A stretch of 64,000 nucleotides of DNA, from positions 1,867 to 65,866 of the forward strand of contig CAYXQJ010000006.1 of NCBI GenBank assembly GCA_964467455.1, written 5' to 3'. Both the position numbers and the translations under genes were made by a program. The notes under the pieces are model-generated. The model was not told the DNA's origin. It saw only the letters and a program-made list of their open reading frames with translations, and did not search any database. This DNA is from an uncultured Hyphomicrobiales bacterium. GTDB taxonomy: Bacteria > Bacteroidota > Ignavibacteria > Kapaibacteriales > Kapaibacteriaceae. Positions 28,831 through 36,549 of the stretch are shown here, in pieces. Every line of letters starts with the position of its first letter. Within the stretch, counting starts at the first letter, position 1.

Positions 28831-29581
28831 CTAGTAGACTACCCGGATGGTTCGACACCACCGCACTTACGCCATAGGCAAGGGCTTTGTGGAGTTCATC
28901 GGCGGTGTTGACGGTGTAGACACCCCAGGGGATCTGATGTTCCGCGCAATCGTCGGCGCGTTTGTGGGTGAGCTCTGCGAGGGAGCAGCCGAAGGCGTCG
29001 GCATTGCAGGCGGTGAGGATCTCGGAAGGAAGTCTGGTGTCGCCAGGGACGTTGAGTGCACAGGTGTGAAGGTCCGGCGAGATCTTCTTGACCTCGATGA
29101 GTGTGCGGTGGTCAAAGGACGCAAACACGGTGTACGGTGCCATGCCCCTTTCCATGATGAGTTCGATGGCGCGACGGATCGTGTCGAGTGCATCCGGGTC
29201 TTCATGCAACGGCTTGATCTCAAGATTGAGATAGGCGCGGTCCTTGATGAGGTCGAGGACTTCGGTGAGAAACGGGATCACTTCGCCAGTGTAATTCGTG
29301 CCGAACCACGATCCGGCGTCGAGTTTGCGGAGGTCGTCAGCCGTGGTGTTCTTGACGTGGCCGTGACCATTGGTGGTCCTACCCAACACGTGATCGTGGA
29401 AGACCATGAGCTGATGATCCTTGGAGACCTGTAGATCGACCTCAACCATTTTAGCACCGCCTTCAAGGGCAAGCCGGATCGACGCCAGCGTATTCTCCGG
29501 TGCAATACCCGACGCCCCACGATGGGCGATCACAAAGAACGGTGTGGAGCGCACAAAGTCACGAAGCGTCTTCATGACCAT
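28826..29581 (-). CDS. Glycerophosphodiester phosphodiesterase (GDPD family)
   Basis: VIAHRGASGIAPENTLASI..VEVDLQVSKDHQLMVFHD, the canonical GDPD motifs. Confidence 0.85.
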   Translation of the reverse strand: MVMKTLRDFVRSTPFFVIAHRGASGIAPENTLASIRLALEGGAKMVEVDLQVSKDHQLMVFHDHVLGRTTNGHGHVKNTTADDLRKLDAGSWFGTNYTGEVIPFLTEVLDLIKDRAYLNLEIKPLHEDPDALDTIRRAIELIMERGMAPYTVFASFDHRTLIEVKKISPDLHTCALNVPGDTRLPSEILTACNADAFGCSLAELTHKRADDCAEHQIPWGVYTVNTADELHKALAYGVSAVVSNHPGSLLG

Positions 29582-30492
29582 CGACCTTCTGTTGGTCCGC
29601 GATATCCTCTGAGTACGTCACTCGTTAGCATGCGTCGTTTTCCCGGCAATTGGATCTCGTCGATCACCACGGCACCATCGGCACATCCGGCGATCAACAT
29701 ACCGTCAACGATACGAAACATCCCCATTTCACAGGTAAGGGGCGAGTACGACGCACGGAAGATCTTGACGATGTCGCCGTTCCACTGCGTCCAGGCCGCA
29801 GGGACGGGGGAGTGACCGTGGATGAAGTTGCGCACGCTGCGGGCCGTGGCCGTCCAGTCGATGACGCTGGTCTCGCGAAAGACCTTCGGTGCGGGACAGG
29901 CGAGCGCATCATCTTGCGGCTGCGGTGAGGCCGTACCGTCGATGAGGTCGCGACACGTCGCGACGGCACATTCTGCCGCCAACGGTTTGAGGGCATCGTA
30001 GAGTTCACCCGCCGTGCAGCCGTCGGGGATGTTGAAGGTGATCTGACGCAGGATGGTGCCGGTGTCGACAACATCGTTCAGCAAGAACGACGTCACACCG
30101 GTGACCGATTCTCCGTTGATGATGGCATGGTTGATCGGCGCAGCACCGCGATACTTCGGCAACAAGGAGGCGTGGACGTTGAACGCACCGAGCGATGCAC
30201 GACGATAGACCTCGGCAGGCAAGATGCGGAAGGCGATCACGCAGAGGATGTCGGGCTGTATGGCATTCAGCCATGACAGGAAGTCAGGATCCTTCAGCTT
30301 CGACGGTTGTTGAATGTCGGTGATGCCAAGATCGATCGCTGCTTGTTTGACAGCCGACGGTACGATCTTGAGTCCACGACCTTGCGGCTTGTCGGGCACG
30401 GTCACAACAGCCGCGACACCAAATGCCTGATGCAGTGCCTGCAGTGCCGGCACGGCAAAGTCGGGCGTGCCCATGAAGACGATCTTCGCCAT
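29572..30492 (-). CDS. fmt: Methionyl-tRNA formyltransferase
   Basis: MAKIVFMGTPDFAVPALQAL, NVHASLLPKYRGAAPINHAI, and a C-terminal Fmt domain. Confidence 0.9.
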   Translation of the reverse strand: MAKIVFMGTPDFAVPALQALHQAFGVAAVVTVPDKPQGRGLKIVPSAVKQAAIDLGITDIQQPSKLKDPDFLSWLNAIQPDILCVIAFRILPAEVYRRASLGAFNVHASLLPKYRGAAPINHAIINGESVTGVTSFLLNDVVDTGTILRQITFNIPDGCTAGELYDALKPLAAECAVATCRDLIDGTASPQPQDDALACPAPKVFRETSVIDWTATARSVRNFIHGHSPVPAAWTQWNGDIVKIFRASYSPLTCEMGMFRIVDGMLIAGCADGAVVIDEIQLPGKRRMLTSDVLRGYRGPTEGRWS

Positions 30493-31073
30493 CAGCCGTG
30501 CATCGTAGGTTGGTTGTTCAGCGAGGCGATGATGTCGGCTTCGATCTTGCCGATCTCATCAAGACGTTTCTTCACGTCTTCGATCGGGAAATATTCACGC
30601 GCAATGTCGGTGTAGGCACGGTAGTGTCCGGCCTCCGATGCCAACAGCGACTTGTACAACGCGCGCATCTCTTCCGACGGAGCATGTTCGGCCAGGAGAG
30701 AGAATCGTTCGCACGACCGTGCTTCGATGAAGGCACCAACGATCAACGCATCGAGCAATCGATACGGCTCGGCATTCCGAATGTGGTCATGCAGACGTTG
30801 GGCGTAAAGGTTGCCCGTATCCTTGGTCAATGGGACGCCCCTTTTCTCAAGGATGTTGACGACGATCTCGAAATGGTCGAGCTCTTCCTTGGCCAGATCG
30901 ATCATGTCCTTGATCAGCCGCATCCGATCGGGATATCGATTGATCAACGCCAAGGCAAAGGCCGCGGCCTTCTTCTCGCAGTGGGCGTGGTCGATCAGGA
31001 TCTCGTCAGGGTGAGCGACGGCGACCGGGATCCATTCAGGTTGTGATTCACGTTGCAAGCAAAGCATCTGCAA
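30492..31073 (-). CDS. miaE: tRNA-(ms2io6A37)-hydroxylase MiaE (diiron)
   Basis: LIDHAHCEKKAA and AKEELDHFE diiron-ligand motifs. ~190 aa. The stop overlaps the fmt start. Confidence 0.75.
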   Translation of the reverse strand: MQMLCLQRESQPEWIPVAVAHPDEILIDHAHCEKKAAAFALALINRYPDRMRLIKDMIDLAKEELDHFEIVVNILEKRGVPLTKDTGNLYAQRLHDHIRNAEPYRLLDALIVGAFIEARSCERFSLLAEHAPSEEMRALYKSLLASEAGHYRAYTDIAREYFPIEDVKKRLDEIGKIEADIIASLNNQPTMHG

Positions 31074-31075
31074 AG

Positions 31076-32449
31076 TTACTGACCAAGCACGCTGATAAGT
31101 TGTGTCAGCATACCGGCAAACTCTTGCAGGTCAACGTCGCGATCCGTGCGCAGCCAACTACACGAGAGCGCATACCACGTCCCGTTCTTGTGTTGCAGCA
31201 GATACGTCATGTTCAGCACACCGGGCTCGCTGCCGCCTTTATAGCCAACGGTCGTCCACACCTTGCGATCGACGTCGATGCCGCCATTGATGCCCAAGAT
31301 CTCGATCGCATCGGCCACTGCCGGTTGTGTTCTGTTCTGATAGAACCACTGCATCGTTCTGCAGAGATCGGATGTCCGTGCGAACCACTCCGCCCCCTTC
31401 AATGCGACCGGTGTGTCGACGAACTCGACGGTGTCCAGCTTCGCAACGCGCGTGAATGAGCGCAGGTATTCGTTGCGTTGCCGCTCGTCAAGCGTCTCAA
31501 AGTGGCGTGCCGGTTCGCCCCCTCCCGTATACTTCAACAGGAACAGATCACGTGTTGAGAGAAAGGGGCTGTTCAGTTCCGGTTTGGAATGGCCCATCAC
31601 GGACTGCATGGCACTGACCTTCTCACGTTTGAGGAAGTGCAGCAAGTGGTCCGTTGCCGTGTTGTCGCTGATGGAGATCATCTGCGACGCCAATGTATGC
31701 AACGTAACAGGCGCACCGTGTGGCCACTCTTGCAACACACCGGAGGGAAGCGACATGATATTCGTATCGAGTCGTGTCACCTCATCCCACCGATGTTCAC
31801 CCTTCTCGATCGTGCGTGCCAGCTCGCCCAGGATCCACAACTTGAACGTCGACCCCGTCGGCATATAGGCCGCAGTGTCTTTCGCCACGATGACCTTATT
31901 CTTCGTAAGGTCCATGATGCATAGACTCGTCGAACCTTCAAAGCTCTTCAACTGTGCGATCACCGTGTCAAGAGAGTTCGTCCGCTTCACCGGTGTCGAC
32001 ACGAACAATCCGCTGATCTTATGCGGCGGCGTCGGCTCGATCACGATCGAGATCGGATAGACATATCCCGAATCACTCAGCGCCTCGGCCTTTCCGGAAT
32101 ACTCCGACGTGGTGGACACCATCTTGATCGACGTGCACGTCCCGGCCTTCTGCATCAACTGCATCAACCCCATCCGCAACTGCATCGGCGGCACCTGCTT
32201 TAGGAACTCAGCCGTGAACATGGAATCGGCAGGGGGCGGAGTGTTGGATAACAGCAGACAGACTTGATTTAGTCTGAAGTCAAGGGTTGAGGGTTGAGGG
32301 TTGAGTGTAGAGGGTTGAAAAGGCGAAAGGGCGAAAGCGCGAAAAGGCGACAGGGCGAAAAGGTGAAAGGGAAGTACGATGAAAAGAAGTACACTGAATA
32401 AAGGACGAAGGACGCCGGACGTTGGACGATGGACGCTAAATATTGGCAT
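31076..32449 (-). CDS. Class A beta-lactamase-related serine hydrolase with N-terminal extension (start uncertain)
   Basis: STFK (SxxK), SDN (ISISDNTATD) and a KGG/KTG-like triad. ATG 32449 is chosen over the track's 32557. Codons ~28-60 are translated tandem arrays. Confidence 0.65.
   Translation of the reverse strand: MPIFSVHRPTSGVLRPLFSVLLFIVLPFHLFALSPFRAFALSPFQPSTLNPQPSTLDFRLNQVCLLLSNTPPPADSMFTAEFLKQVPPMQLRMGLMQLMQKAGTCTSIKMVSTTSEYSGKAEALSDSGYVYPISIVIEPTPPHKISGLFVSTPVKRTNSLDTVIAQLKSFEGSTSLCIMDLTKNKVIVAKDTAAYMPTGSTFKLWILGELARTIEKGEHRWDEVTRLDTNIMSLPSGVLQEWPHGAPVTLHTLASQMISISDNTATDHLLHFLKREKVSAMQSVMGHSKPELNSPFLSTRDLFLLKYTGGGEPARHFETLDERQRNEYLRSFTRVAKLDTVEFVDTPVALKGAEWFARTSDLCRTMQWFYQNRTQPAVADAIEILGINGGIDVDRKVWTTVGYKGGSEPGVLNMTYLLQHKNGTWYALSCSWLRTDRDVDLQEFAGMLTQLISVLGQ
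32284..32371. repeat. Composite array: GGGTTGA heptamers followed by GGCGAAAR octamers
   Basis: GGGTTGA GGGTTGA GGGTTGA gtgtaga GGGTTGA, then aaaGGCGAAAGGGCGAAAGCGCGAAAAGGCGACAGGGCGAAAAGGTGAAAGGG. Confidence 0.9.
32401..32435. repeat. Heptamer array NNGGACG x5
   Basis: AAGGACG AAGGACG CCGGACG TTGGACG ATGGACG. Confidence 0.85.
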
Positions 32450-32607
32450 GATTCTTTCTACCTCCACATCATCATGAAATCCCTCCACATCATTCAGCTT
32501 CCATCGAGCAACTGTCCGAAAACGTTCGTGACGGTCGTAGATCCGTATTGGATGCAACGGAGGGTTTTGAACTCGTAATTAGCCATAAAGCTAGCAGTTT
32601 TCAACGA

Positions 32608-32640
32608 GGCGACCCTAACGAAGGGTCGCCTTTTTTGTTT
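32608..32640 (+). terminator. Rho-independent terminator on + strand inside the 5' leader of the MFS gene
   Basis: GGCGACCCT-aacga-AGGGTCGCC (perfect 9-bp stem) followed by TTTTTTGTTT. Lies 18 nt upstream of the GGAGGAGG Shine-Dalgarno and ATG 32658. No + strand CDS lies upstream. Confidence 0.7.
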
Positions 32641-32657
32641 CTCGGAAGGAGGAGGTC

Positions 32658-33845
32658 ATGGAGCATCGTGACCGATTGAGGCGCAACATCATGTTGTTGC
32701 GGATCATCAGAGCGTTGGACATGGCGATGATCGCCATTCCGATCATCGTGATCTATTATCAGAACCACGGCATGACGATGCAAGACGTCATGCTGCTACA
32801 GGCGTTGTTTGGTGCGGCCATGATCGTTGTCGAGATCCCGAGTGGATACTTCTCCGACGTGATCGGACGCAAGCGGACGATCCTCATCGGTGCGGCGTTG
32901 CACACCTTAGGGTGGACGCTCTATGCCTTTGCCGACGGCTTCTCCAGCTTCCTGGTGGCCGAGTTGATCCTCGGTGTGGGTGCGGCCTTCATCAGCGGCA
33001 CCGACGCGGCGATGTTGTACGATACGCTCATCGATCTCGGCGAGGAGCAGCACGGCGTCTACCTTGAAGGACGCATGTTGGCCATCACGAACTTCTCCGA
33101 AGCCGGTGCTGCCATTGTTGGCGGCTTGCTGGCCTCGATCTCGCTGCACGTTCCGTTCTACGCTCAGATCGTCATCATGCTGCCCATCGTGCCGTTGGCG
33201 TTGATGTTGGTGGAGCCCATGCCACATCGTCGTGCCGGACAGAAGGCCAGCATTAAGGAGATCATCGACGTCGTCGCTCACGTTGTCCACCGCAACAACC
33301 AGCTCCGATGGATGTTGGGCACGGCAAGCTTCCTTGGCGCCAGCACGCTTACTGTGTTGTGGATGTATCAGCCCTATTGGAAGATCATGGGCGTCCCTGT
33401 GGCGTGGTTCGGTACTATTTGGGCAGGGGGCAATGTGTTGGTCGGTATCATGTCGATGAACTCTGTTAACTGGTCACGCAAGATCGGCGACATCCGCATC
33501 ATCGGATGGATCGTCTTTGCCATTGCCGTGGCCTGCATCGTCCTTGGTGTGATGCCCTGGTTCTGGAGTCTGCCCGTCTTTGCCATCTTCTACGCCTCGC
33601 GCGGACTCACCAATCCCATCTTCACCGGTCGGATCAACCGGAACGTTGCATCACACCATCGCGCCACCGTCCTCAGCGTCCGCGCCCTCGGCATGCGTCT
33701 GGTGTTCTTCGTCATGGGCCCTCTCATCGGCGCCGTCGGCGACGCCCACGGTCTGCAAGCCGCCTTCTTAAGCGTGGCCATCGTGTTCACGATGTTCACG
33801 GGGTGGATGTATCTCAAATGGGTGAGGAACCTGAAGGCGACCTGA
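32658..33845 (+). CDS. MFS transporter
   Basis: About 12 TM. MFS loop motif GYFSDVIGRKRTILIG. Strong SD. Confidence 0.85.
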   Translation: MEHRDRLRRNIMLLRIIRALDMAMIAIPIIVIYYQNHGMTMQDVMLLQALFGAAMIVVEIPSGYFSDVIGRKRTILIGAALHTLGWTLYAFADGFSSFLVAELILGVGAAFISGTDAAMLYDTLIDLGEEQHGVYLEGRMLAITNFSEAGAAIVGGLLASISLHVPFYAQIVIMLPIVPLALMLVEPMPHRRAGQKASIKEIIDVVAHVVHRNNQLRWMLGTASFLGASTLTVLWMYQPYWKIMGVPVAWFGTIWAGGNVLVGIMSMNSVNWSRKIGDIRIIGWIVFAIAVACIVLGVMPWFWSLPVFAIFYASRGLTNPIFTGRINRNVASHHRATVLSVRALGMRLVFFVMGPLIGAVGDAHGLQAAFLSVAIVFTMFTGWMYLKWVRNLKAT

Positions 33846-33863
33846 AGGAGACCTGAAGGAGAC
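33828..33863. repeat. 11-mer array (A/G)ACCTGAAGG(C/A) x3, overlapping the last MFS codons and stop
   Basis: AACCTGAAGGC GACCTGAAGGA GACCTGAAGGA gac. Confidence 0.85.
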
Positions 33864-33866
33864 TGC

Positions 33867-35240
33867 TTAGCGCTGTCGCGAGCGAATGGTTCTCTCAACA
33901 TCTGCTGCAAGGATGCTGGTCGTGATGATCTTGCCGTCTTGATCGAGCAGTAGTGTCTGAAACACGCCCCGCCTGACGAAGGTGCGTTCAATGGTTGCGG
34001 ACTGTTGAGCGTTGGCAAACCAATGGTGATCATAGGTTGAGGGATCGATCTCGGCGGACTTCGACGTGCCATCTTCACCTTGGGTGCTGATCACCACGAC
34101 TTTGACGACGTCACCCAGTGCGGCGCGAAGTTCCTTGCACGCTGCGATCTGCTCTTGGCACATCTCGCACTTCGGCTTAGAAAAAAGGATGTAGGCATAC
34201 GTCCCGGTCAGTTCCGCTAGACCGTGCTCCTTCCCACTATTGTCAGTCGCAGTGATCGACGGGGCGGGAGAGCCGGGACGTAACAGTCTAGCCCTGGCAT
34301 ATGCACGTTCTACGATCTCACGATATCGTGGGTTTTGACAGTGGTGCCGATATGTCTCCATCGCCGACTCTTCACGGTCCTGTGTTTGCGTGTTTGGAAT
34401 GGTATATCGCAACATCGATTTTGCTAACTGGATCTCCATATCAGGACCGACGAGTCTATCAATGATGTTACTAGCATCGTTGTACTGAACAGAGCCACTC
34501 ATCGGAATGTATGAATCCAGAAACGTTCGTATGGCTGCGACCTTGCCATAGTCTTCAGCGAACAATGTATCCTTGACATTCAGCGACCGGATCTCATCAA
34601 CAAATTCATCAGGCATTGCTTGTGAGAAGCTCACGTTTTTCTTCGCATCGTACCACGTCCTGAAGTAGCCCAGAGCTCGTACATGATCCCACATCATGAT
34701 CCTGCGTGCCCACTCGCGAAAGATCGGCGGCATCTGCGTCGTGTCGGCATCAACATATTGTTGCCAGGACACATCGCGCAAACTATCGACAAGCGTTTTG
34801 AAGGGGGCGACATCTAACGTGTTTCTCGTCAACTTCATCAATGCTGCATGAGCTGTGCGGCTGTTGTGCCATAGGAAACGATTCCCTGCAGCATTATCGC
34901 CTTCAAACTGAAGTAAAGTATCAAGATCTGTCCATCTGCCCCTTATCGTGAGAGTTGTACCCGGCTGCACAAAGAGGGGGATGCGGTGTTTGCCAATGTT
35001 GATCCAGTATGCGATCGATCTCGCAGAATCGATGCGTAATACGGCGTCCGAAGATCCATCGAACGTCGTGCTGTCAACAACATTCACAGTCCATTCGATG
35101 GGTTCGACATGTTCCTTGATCGCCACCAACGTACCCTTGGGCGCACCTTCAATGCGCACCTTGATCGTTGCAACCTGCGCAGACAGCGCTGAGGCTGTGA
35201 GGAGCCAAAGGCAGAGGGTGTGGGTGATGAACGTGGGCAT
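33867..35240 (-). CDS. TlpA/thioredoxin-like thiol-disulfide oxidoreductase with large N-terminal domain
   Basis: Signal peptide MPTFITHTLCLWLLTASALSAQ. C-terminal thioredoxin fold with CxxC (KPKCEMCQEQ). Looks AT-richer than its neighbours by eye. Confidence 0.65.
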   Translation of the reverse strand: MPTFITHTLCLWLLTASALSAQVATIKVRIEGAPKGTLVAIKEHVEPIEWTVNVVDSTTFDGSSDAVLRIDSARSIAYWINIGKHRIPLFVQPGTTLTIRGRWTDLDTLLQFEGDNAAGNRFLWHNSRTAHAALMKLTRNTLDVAPFKTLVDSLRDVSWQQYVDADTTQMPPIFREWARRIMMWDHVRALGYFRTWYDAKKNVSFSQAMPDEFVDEIRSLNVKDTLFAEDYGKVAAIRTFLDSYIPMSGSVQYNDASNIIDRLVGPDMEIQLAKSMLRYTIPNTQTQDREESAMETYRHHCQNPRYREIVERAYARARLLRPGSPAPSITATDNSGKEHGLAELTGTYAYILFSKPKCEMCQEQIAACKELRAALGDVVKVVVISTQGEDGTSKSAEIDPSTYDHHWFANAQQSATIERTFVRRGVFQTLLLDQDGKIITTSILAADVERTIRSRQR

Positions 35241-35249
35241 ACACCAAAA

Positions 35250-35359
35250 TACCTAAAGGCGACCTGAAGGCGACCTAAAGGAGACCTAAAGGAGACCTAA
35301 AGGCGACCTGAAGGCGACCTAAAGGAGACCTAAAGGCGACCTAAAGGCGACCTAAAGGA
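35250..35359. repeat. 11-mer array (T/G)ACCT(A/G)AAGG(C/A) x10
   Basis: Ten exact-period 11-nt units fill the gap upstream of the 35240 start. Same unit and orientation as 33828-33863. Confidence 0.95.
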
Positions 35360-35378
35360 AATGCAAGAGAGGAACCTG

Positions 35379-36542
35379 TCATTCCGAGCGGAGCGAGGAA
35401 TGCTCCACCACCACCGCCGCAAACCTCTTGCCTTGCGTGACCACGACGATGTACGTGCCTGCAGGACGATCGGTGAGGTCGATCTTCTTGGTCTGTTCGC
35501 CGGCTTTGCGGCTGCCGAGGTTGAATTCTTCGATCTTCATCATGGCTTCGTTGCAGATGATGATGTTGACCGTGCTTTCAGTTGGGACCATGAAGGTGAG
35601 ATCGTAAATGCCCTTGGTGTCGTTTGATGGAGCAATAGAGATCTGGGGTTTGTAGGCCGAAGGTGCGCCGAGCTTGGACTTGGGATAATAATGCAACGAC
35701 GTCGTGAGCTCTTGCGTTGGACGTTCGCTGACAGTATAAAAGCCGGCGTCGTCGGCACCGAAACAGATGGCTTCGCCTTGGGGCTCGGGCATGTAGGCAA
35801 CCTTCGAGGGCTTGCGCTTGAACATGGCACCGAGTGTCTCGTTGCTGTTGCGACGCCAGTAGTACGTGAAAGCGTAGTTCTTCACCAGTACTTCTGTGCC
35901 CGTCGAAGAGATGTCGGCAGCGGTGGTGAGGTTGATCGGGAGATCGGTGACGAGGTCGAGACGTCGTGTACTGCCCCCTTCCAACGGAGCAGCAGCACGA
36001 TAGACACGAGAGCGCATCTCACGCTTGGTGATGATGTAGAGGTCCTGCGTCTTGGGGTCGATGAACAACGCCTCGGCATCACGTGCACCGTCAGGATAGG
36101 TGAGCTGGATACGCTCAGGTGTGACCTCGATCGAGGTTGATCTAGTGATGTCGGGTTCGGGGAATCGGTAGACGATGATGTTCTTGCGCTTGGATTCGTT
36201 GTCGCCGATGTCGGCAACGTAGACGTAGGACACACCTTTGTTCGGACCCGGACCGACGGCGATGTCTTCATAGTCGACATGGGCCGCCCCCTTCAAACGA
36301 ATGGTGCACTGCACTGCCCCCTTCGTAGAGATGGCATAGACGCGCGGATCGTCGCCGGAGTCGTTATGGGTCCACAAGACGTTGTTGTTCACGCGCGACG
36401 CAGCAAGTCCCGATGCTTCGTCGACGGTACCGTTCGGTAACTGGCCGACAGCATACGGTCCTTCAAATTTGGCAGCGCCCGACGGTGCCTTCGGTTGTTG
36501 AACGAAGAGTGCCAACACCGACAACAGAGCGACCCAATACAC
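35379..36542 (-). CDS. Secreted beta-propeller-like protein with T9SS C-terminal domain
   Basis: Signal peptide MYWVALLSVLALFVQQ. DEASGLA..LWTHNDSGD..YVADIGDN pattern (SdiA-regulated/phytase-like propeller, weak). CTD-like tail GIYDLTF..NIIICNEAMMKIEEF..AGTYIVVVTQG. Confidence 0.65.
   Translation of the reverse strand: MYWVALLSVLALFVQQPKAPSGAAKFEGPYAVGQLPNGTVDEASGLAASRVNNNVLWTHNDSGDDPRVYAISTKGAVQCTIRLKGAAHVDYEDIAVGPGPNKGVSYVYVADIGDNESKRKNIIVYRFPEPDITRSTSIEVTPERIQLTYPDGARDAEALFIDPKTQDLYIITKREMRSRVYRAAAPLEGGSTRRLDLVTDLPINLTTAADISSTGTEVLVKNYAFTYYWRRNSNETLGAMFKRKPSKVAYMPEPQGEAICFGADDAGFYTVSERPTQELTTSLHYYPKSKLGAPSAYKPQISIAPSNDTKGIYDLTFMVPTESTVNIIICNEAMMKIEEFNLGSRKAGEQTKKIDLTDRPAGTYIVVVTQGKRFAAVVVEHSSLRSE
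35380..35402. other. Hairpin CATTCC-N11-GGAATG overlapping the stop of the 35379 gene
   Basis: gtCATTCCgagcggagcgaGGAATG shares GTCATTCCGA...GAGGAA arms with the 38-nt repeat at 60344-60457 (reverse strand). Confidence 0.5.
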
Positions 36543-36549
36543 ACGAACC

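Noticed and set aside
32284-32318. TTGAGGG-type repeats resembling telomeric repeats
   Set aside because: They are short internal arrays, present in both orientations at several loci of an otherwise ordinary bacterial chromosome segment. Nothing suggests a replicon end.
35250-35359. The 11-mer array as a coding repeat (ORF-track frames translate it as KGDLKET-type peptides)
   Set aside because: An 11-nt period cannot keep a reading frame, and no ORF spans it with a plausible start. It lies between a stop-side hairpin and the start of the next gene.
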